Shown here one piece after another: positions 56,520-64,000 of a DNA stretch of 64,000 nt. A model generated the notes under the pieces. The model saw only the letters and a list, made by a program, of their open reading frames with translations, ran no database searches and was not told where the DNA came from. Source of the DNA: Hemiscyllium ocellatum (taxonomy: Eukaryota); the NCBI RefSeq assembly GCF_020745735.1, contig NC_083435.1:46004498-46068497 (forward strand). The letters run 5' to 3'. Position 1 is the stretch's first letter; every line of letters begins with the position of its first letter. The position numbers and the translations under genes are program-made.

Positions 56520-58690
56520 GTAAGCCATTCAGGATTGAGATGAGGAAGATTTTTTCACCCAGAGAGTTGTGACCCTGTGGAATTCTCTCCCAGAGGAAGC
56601 TGTCGGGGCCAGGTTATGAGATATATTCAAGAGGGAGCTGGACATGGTCCTTGTGGCTGAAGGGATCAAGGGATATGGAGAGAAAGCGGGAATGGGAGAG
56701 CCTGGTATTGAGGGTGACATTGCTGAGTACTTGGAAGTGCATGATAAAGTAGGGCTGAGTCAGCAGCATGGCTTCATCAAAGGGAGGTCATGCCTGACAA
56801 ATCTGTTAGAATTTGAGGAGGCACAACATCGTGGGCCAAAAGGGCCTGTTCTGTGCTGTTCTATGTAATAAGGACGGTGGCACAGTGGTTAGCACTGCTG
56901 CCTCACAGCGCCTGAAGACCCGGGTTCAATTCCCGACTCAGGCGACTGACTGTGTGGAGTTTGCACATTCTCCCCGTGTCTGCGTGGGTTTCCTCCGGGT
57001 GCTCCGGTTTCCTCCCACAGTCCAAAGATGTGCGGGTCAGGTGAATTGGCCATGCTAAATTGCCCATAGTGTTAGGTAAGGGGTAATGTAGGGGTAGGGG
57101 TATGGGTGGGTTTCGCTTCGGCGGGTCGGTGTGGACTTGTTGGGCCGAAGGGCCTGTTTCCACACTGTAAGTCTAAGTCTAAGGACGTTAGACAAGAGAG
57201 CCAGAGGACATGATCTATTTGGATTTCCAGACGGCCTTTGATACGGTGCTGCAAAGGAGGCTGCTAAATTAGCGAAGAGCCCATGGTGTTTGTAGCAAGA
57301 CGCTGGTCTGCATAGAGGATTGGCTGACTAGCAGGGGGTGGAGCCAAATGGGTCTTTTTTTTCATGCTGGCAGACCGTGACCAGTGAAGTCCCACAGGGG
57401 GCAGTGTTGGGACTACAACTTTCGGTGGTGATATTTTAATAATATGGATGAAGGAACATTGTTGCTGAGTTTGCAGATGACACCAAGACAGGTGGAGGGA
57501 CAGGGAGCGTGTTCAGGAAGTGGGCAGGCCTGCAGACCGCGTGGACGTGCGAGGCAAGTGGACAAAGAAATGACAGGTGGAATACAATGAGGGAAAGTGT
57601 GCGGTTATCCACTATAGTAGGAAGAATATAGAAGCATAGACTATTCCCTGAATGGGGGAAGGCTTCCAGAAATCTGAAGCACTAGGCGACATGAGAGTCC
57701 TAGCTCAGGATTCTCTTCCAGTTAATCTGCAGGATCAGTCGGCTGTACAGAAGTAAAATGTAACATTGGGTTTTATTTCAGCAGCACTAGAGCAGGATGT
57801 ACTGCTGAGGCTGTATAAGACTGTGGTCAGTCACATTTTAAATATTGAGAGTAGTGTTGGGCCCCGTATCTAAGGAAGGAAGTGCTGCCACCTGGCGGTT
57901 TACAGGAATGATTCTTGGGCTTGTCATTGGATGAGCAGTTAAAGACTCTGGATCTGTACAATGGAGTTTTGGAAGATAAGGCTGGTTCTGATTGACACTC
58001 ACAGAATACTGACAGGCCTGGATCGAGAAGCTGTTTTCACGAGTAGGAGAGACTGGGACCTGAGGCAATAGCGTTTAGATTGTGATGAGGGGGAATTTCT
58101 TCAGCGAGAGGGTGATTAATCTGTGGAACATGCTGCAGGAGGCCAAATCATAGAGTCATAGAGATGTATAGCATGGAAACAGACCCTTTGGTCCAACTTG
58201 TCCATGCCAACCAGATATCCTAAACTAATCTAATCCCACCTGCCAGCACCCAGCCCATATCCCTCCAAACCCTTCCTATTCATATACCCATCCAGATGCC
58301 TTTTAAATGTTGCAATTCCTCTGGCAGCTCATTCTATACACGTACCACCCTCGGAGTGAAAACGTTTGCCACTTATGTCTCTTTTATATCTTTCCCCTCT
58401 CATCCTAAATCTATGCCCACTCGTTCTGGACTCCCCAACCCCAGGGAAAAGACTTTGTCTATTTATCCTATCCATGCCCCTCATGATTTTGTAAACCTCC
58501 ATAAGGTGACCCCTCAAAGTAATTGAGTGTCTTTAAGACAGAAATGGATAGGTTATTGATTAGTAAGGGAATCAAATTTTACAGGAATAAGGCAAGAGAT
58601 TGGGCTTGTTAATGATATCAGTCTTGAGTGGGGACAAACCCAATGGGCCGATACCCTGATTCTGCTCCTTTATCTCACGGTCTTATGGGA
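56520..58690. mobile_element. nested CR1 fragments (mostly +, with a - strand piece ~58150-58520)
   Basis: QHGFIKGRSCLTNLLEF (ORF 56644-56868), DFQ.AFD.V and FADDTK equivalents near 57220 and 57470, and minus ORF 58329-58517 (RGHLMEVYKIMRG). Confidence 0.85.
56875..57180 (+). mobile_element. young full-length HE1-type SINE inserted in CR1
   Basis: Intact A box (GTGGCACAGTGG) and B box (GGTTCAATTCC), core and tail. TAAGGACG at 56869-76 and 57180-87 is a likely TSD. Confidence 0.92.
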
Positions 58691-60359
58691 ATATCATGAT
58701 CCTATGGAAATCATCCCCTCATCCCCAGTATTCAAACAGTTACCACTCGGGCTAAATTACTCATTTATTCATCAAAAAGCACAATTAGCTTGTCCTTGAT
58801 CCTATGATAAGAAAACTCTCTTTTAACAAACGGCAAATCAGATTCTTAATTATTAGTATACAAACTTGAACTATCACACCTCACGAGAGTAGTGCACTAC
58901 TCCCAGAGTCATCACAAAGTCAAAGATTTTAAAAATTTCGCTGGATTTCCAAATTGACTTGTCTTTTTAGACCCAGGTTGATAGAAAGGACAGACCAGAT
59001 TTCTGCATTTAACAAGGATTATAATTTAATCCGAGTAATCAGACTCAAGCTGCAGGTAAACTGTTCTGAATAGTTGGGAGCTGCACCTGATCAAAGAGCA
59101 GCACTCCAAAAGTTTGTGATTTTAAATGAACCTATTGGACTATGACCTGGTGTCATGTGACTTCTGATCTTGTCCACCCCAGTCCAACATTGGCACCTCC
59201 ACGTCATGTAATTCAGTTGGTGAAATCAACAAGTAAAGAATAAAATTAGAGATCTGAATGAAATCAAATGCTTTTGGACGCACACCCTATTTCTGCCTTC
59301 TGTATGTGCTATTTACTATTTCTTCTCATGGTTAGGAACTAACCTTTCTTATTAATTCAAGAAAGCCTGGTCAAATTTGTTTTTTTTTTAGATTCAACGT
59401 TCATTTGGATCTGGGAGAAAAAGATCGTTAATCTTATCGTGACCAACTGAAGGTGGATAACCAAGAGGAGTACTGGGTCTGTACTCAGGAGTTTAGGAGG
59501 GGAAGAGGGATCTCATTGACTCTTACAGAGCACCAAAAGTCCTGGATAGGATGCTTGTGAAGCTGATGTGTTTAGTGGTAGGAGAGACTAGGATCTGAGG
59601 GCACAGACTCAGAATGGGAGGGATGTCCCTTTCGAACTGAGAGGAGGGTGAGCCTCTTCAGCCAGAGGGTGGAATCTGGGGACCTGTTTGTTGAAGAATG
59701 CTGTGAAGACCAAGGAATTGAGCATATCTAAGACGGAGGTAGAAAGATTCTTGGTTAGTAAGAGGATTGGGGTTAATGGGAAAAGGGGGAGATTTGGTTG
59801 AGAAACATATCAGCCATGATTAAATGGGCCAAATAGCTTAATTCTGTTCTGATGTCTCACAGTCTAAGTCATTTAATACTGAACATTGTTTGTGAATCTC
59901 CTGTCTTTAATAACATGTGTAGAATGCCCTGCCCCTCTGACATCCTTGTAGCTTTCTGTTTCTGGAGACTTTTAATCTCGCTGACTAGTTCAGTATATGC
60001 ACTTTCCCAGCAATCCCATGGGATCTTCCATCCACTCCGCTGCCACAGCTCTCGATATCACTGAGCATTCCTCCCTCCTGTCCCTCTCCCCCTTTCAGCT
60101 GACACCCTCACAGTTCCTCTGTATCACAGTATCCCTTTCCAGCTCACGCCATGCTTGTTCCACTTCCATAATTCTGGGTATATGGCCTAGAAGGGTCCAT
60201 CCTGATGTCTCAGTCTCACAATTGAATCTTGGCCCTTGCGTGGGACATCTACCCTCTTTACAGCCAGCTCCAGCAGACTGTGCACACACAGCAGGTAGTG
60301 TTGGGTGTTCATTTTGGAGGACATGAAGCTCACTTCTTAATGAAAGCCACCCAGGGAAG

Positions 60360-63300
60360 CCATATGTTGTTCAAGCTGTTAGGACCTATTAAACCCTTCA
60401 ACCAATAGATTATAAATGAAAGAATCCCGTGGCCGAATTGTTAAATCACTACAGACTTAGGTTGGTACTGATATAAAGTATTCCTCTGCTCCCTGTCCAT
60501 TCATGAATCTATCTAGATACATCTTAAATGCTGCTATCATGCCCGCCTCTGCTACTTCTGCGGGCACCCACCACCCTCTGCATATCCTTTTCCATGCATA
60601 TGGCCCCTAAACTTTTCCCATCTTATCTTGAAGTCATGATCCCTCATAATTGAATCTCTCACTCTGGGAAAACGTTTCTTGCTTTCCACCTCTCATGATT
60701 TTTTTAGACCTCAATCAGGTCCCCCCTCAACCTCTGTCTTTCTCTTGTAAATAATCCTAAACACTCAACCCCTCTTCATAGCTACTGCACTCCATATCAC
60801 GCAACATCCTGGTGAACCTCCTCTGCACCCACACCTTTTTTGTAATGTGGCGACCAGAACTGTATGCAGTATTCTAAATGTGGCAAAACCAAATTCTTAT
60901 ACAACAGTAACATGACCTGCCAACTCTTGTACTCAGTATCCCATCAGATGAAGGAAGGCATGCCGTATGCCCTCTTGACCACTCTACTGACCTGCATTGC
61001 CACCTTCAGGGTACAATGGACCTGAATACCCAGATCACTTTCCCCAGGATATTGCCATTTACCGTATAGTTCGCTCTTGAACTGAATCTTCCAAAATGCA
61101 TCACCTCACATTTGCCCGGATTGAGCTCCATCTACTATCCCTCTGTCTATCTCTCCAATATATCTATATTCTGCTGCATTCTCTAACAGTCCCCTTCCCT
61201 ATCTGCTACCTCACTAATCTTAGTGTCATCTGCAAGCTTGCTCATTAGACCACTTACACCTTCCTCCAGATCATGCATGTATATCACAAACAACAGTGGT
61301 CCCAGCACAGATCCTTGTGGAGCACCAGTTCTCCATTTTGAGAAATTCCCTTCCACTACTACTCTGTCTCCTGCTGCCCAACCAGTTCTCTGTCCATCTA
61401 GCTGTACACTCTGGACCCATGCGACTTCATTTTCTCCATCAGCCTACCATGGGGAACCTTATTAAATATCTTACTGAAGTCAATGATGACATCTACAGCT
61501 CTTCCCTCATCAATCAATTGTGTCACTTCCTCAATGAATTCTATTAGCTTTGTAGGACGTGACCTTCCTTCCACAAAACCATATTGTCTGTCACTGATAA
61601 TCCCATTTTCTCCCAAATGGGAAGAGATCCTGTCCCTCAGTATCTTCTCCAGCAGCTTCCCTACCACAGATGTCAGGCTCACCAGTTTATAATTACCTGC
61701 ATTATCCCTTCTCTCCTTCTTAAACAAGGGACAGCATTAGCAATTTTCCAGTCCTCCAGCACCTCAACCGTGTTCAAGGATGCTGCAAAGATATCTTTTA
61801 AGGCCCAGCTTCTCTCAGTAACCTGGGATAGGACGCTTCTGGACATGGAGACTTGTCGACCTTAATGCTTTTTAGAATATCCAACATTTCATCCCTTCAG
61901 ATGCTCACCTGACCTAGAATAATCAAACATCTATCTCTAACCTCACCATCCATCATGTGCCGCTCCTTGGTGAATACCAATGCAAATTACTCATTAAGAA
62001 TCTCACCCATTGTCTCTGACTCCACACGTAACTTTCCTCCGTTGTGCTTGAGGGGGCAAATCTTTCTCTAGTTACCCTCTTTCTCCTTGTACATGAATAA
62101 AATGCTTTGGGATTTTCCTTAACACTGTTTGCTAAAGATATATAATGACCGCTTTTAGCCTTCTTAATTCCTTGATTCAGATTAGTCTTACATTCCTGAT
62201 ATTCTTCCAAAGCTTTGTCTGTTTTCAATCGCCTAGACGTTATGTATGCTTCCTTTTTCCTCTTAGCTAGTCTCACAATTTCACCTGTCATCCATGGTTC
62301 CCTAATTCTGCCATTTCTATACCTCATTTTCACAGGGACAGATCTCTCCGGAACTCTAATCAACCTCTCTTTAAAGCCTCCCACATATCAAATGTGGTTT
62401 ACCTTCAAATAGCTGCTCCCAATCCACATTCCCCAGCTCCTGCCGAATATTGGTATGGTTGACCATACCCCAATTTAGCAGTCTTCCTTGAGGACCACTC
62501 TCATCCATGAATATTCTAAAACTTTTGGAATTGTGGTCACTATTCCCAAAGTAATCCTCTACTGAAACTTCAACCACTTAGCTGGGCTCATTCCCCAACA
62601 CCAGGTCGGGGATGGCCCTTACCCGAGTTGGACTATTTACATATTTTGCATATGTTCATCTAAACACTTCTGAAATATCTTAATATTCGCTACCTTTGCC
62701 ACCCTTTCACGCAGTGAGCTCCAGATTCCCACCACAGAAACATAGTTTCCCAAATCCCCTCTAAAACACCTGCTTCTTACCTTAAGTCTGTATTCCTTGG
62801 TTTTTGACCCCTTTATTCAGGTGAAATGTTTCTCCCTATCAACCCTGTCCATGCCTCCCAGAACTTTGTAACATCAATCACCTTCTCTGCTTGAAGGAAA
62901 ACAACCCCAGCCAGTCTAAACTCTCTTCATTGCTCCAACCCAGGCAAAATCCTGGTCAATCACCTCGACACTTCCTTTAAGACAATCACTTCCTTCCGAG
63001 AGTGGACTGACCACAACTGCACACAATACAATCATAGAGATGTGCAGGACAGAGACAGAAGCTTTGGTCCAAATTCCAGCTGTGGGCTAGCTATAGCTAG
63101 AACATTGAACATAGAGCACAAAACATAGAACAGTGCAGCACAGTACTGGCTTTTTGGCCCACAGTGTTACGCCAACCATTTATCTTAATCTAAATCAATT
63201 TAACCTACACACGCCAACTTATTGCCATCTATGTGCTTGTCCAGCATTGCTTAAATGTCCCTAATATCTCTGACTGTACTACCACCGCTGGCAGTGCATT

Positions 63301-64000
63301 CCACACAAACACAACACTCTGCATATAGAACCTATCTCTGACATCTCCCAAATCTTTCTCCAATCACCTTCAAATTATGACCCCTCGTGACAGCCATTTC
63401 TGCCGGAAGGAAAGGTGTCTGGCTATCCACTCTATCTATGCCTCTCATTACCTAGTATTCCACTATCAAATCACCTCTCTTCCTTCTTATCTCGAGCGTG
63501 AAAAGCCCTAGCTCACTCAACCTGTTTTCATAAAACAAGCCCTCCAATCCAGGCAACATCCTGGTAAATCTCCTCTGCACCCCCTCTAAAGCATCTACAC
63601 CCTTCCTGTATTGAGGTGACACAATATTCAAGTGTGGTCTCACCAGGGTTTTGTAGAGTTGCAGAGGCTCTTAAACTCAATCCCCCGTTAATGAAAGCCA
63701 AAGCACCATACTATTTCTTAACAACTCTGTCAATTGAATGGCAACTTTAAAGGATGAACCCCGAGATCCTGCAGTTCCACCACACTGCCAAGAGTCCTGC
63801 CTTTAACCCTGTATTCAACATTCAAATTCAATCTTCCAAAATGAATCACTCCACATTTATCCAGGTTGAACTCCATCTGCCACATCTCAGCCCAGCTATG
63901 CATCCTATTAATGTCATATTGCAGCCTGCAACAGCCGTCTACACTACCTACAACCTCACCGACCTTGCTGTCATCAGAAAACTTATGAACCCCTCCTTCC
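60360..64000 (-). mobile_element. stack of minus-strand CR1 ORF2 fragments
   Basis: Minus ORFs 61398-61727 (GNYKLVSLTSVVGKLLEKIL...QYGFVEGRS), 61953-62384, 62371-62577 (SDHN) and 63452-63643 (RPHL...RRFTRMLPG). Confidence 0.9.

Noticed and set aside
28564-57180. tRNA-like A/B box sequences
   Set aside because: They are SINE heads followed by SINE cores, not cloverleaf tRNA genes.
58887-58902. 16-bp palindrome GAGTAGTGCACTACTC
   Set aside because: Isolated, with no associated feature.
60098-60297. 200-nt exon-like segment with good splice sites after the pseudo-exon, tested as alpha2 or alpha3 relic
   Set aside because: No C..GFYP, YGC or W..C pattern in any frame.

Overview
Eukaryotic, repeat-rich window from a cartilaginous fish, most likely an orectolobiform (carpet/bamboo-type) shark. 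This is inferred from HE1-type SINEs, CR1/HER1 LINEs and the class I protein itself. The only intact gene is a spliced MHC class I heavy chain gene on the + strand, resembling the classical UAA lineage. Exons for alpha1 (13416-13676), alpha2 (13771-14043), alpha3 (19872-20135), TM (24436-24537) and two cytoplasmic exons (25466-25495, 25856-25902) join in frame at phase-1 GT-AG sites into a 325-aa mature chain. A probable 3' UTR exon runs to AATAAA at 28292. No leader exon was found, so it is probably upstream of the window. The introns hold very large tandem repeats: a 9.8 kb 30-bp minisatellite with a ~1 kb higher-order period and a 5.4 kb purine-rich array. Beyond the ORF track, three things stand out: (i) a degenerate second class I alpha1 exon at 52416-52662, preceded by the same 30-bp minisatellite; (ii) an orphan S-X1-X2-Y MHC promoter module on the - strand at 38879-38946 with no gene behind it; (iii) several Penelope-associated minimal hammerhead ribozyme motifs, one structurally complete (46151-46185). 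Nearly all long ORFs in the supplied track are low-complexity or LINE artefacts. There are three N gaps.
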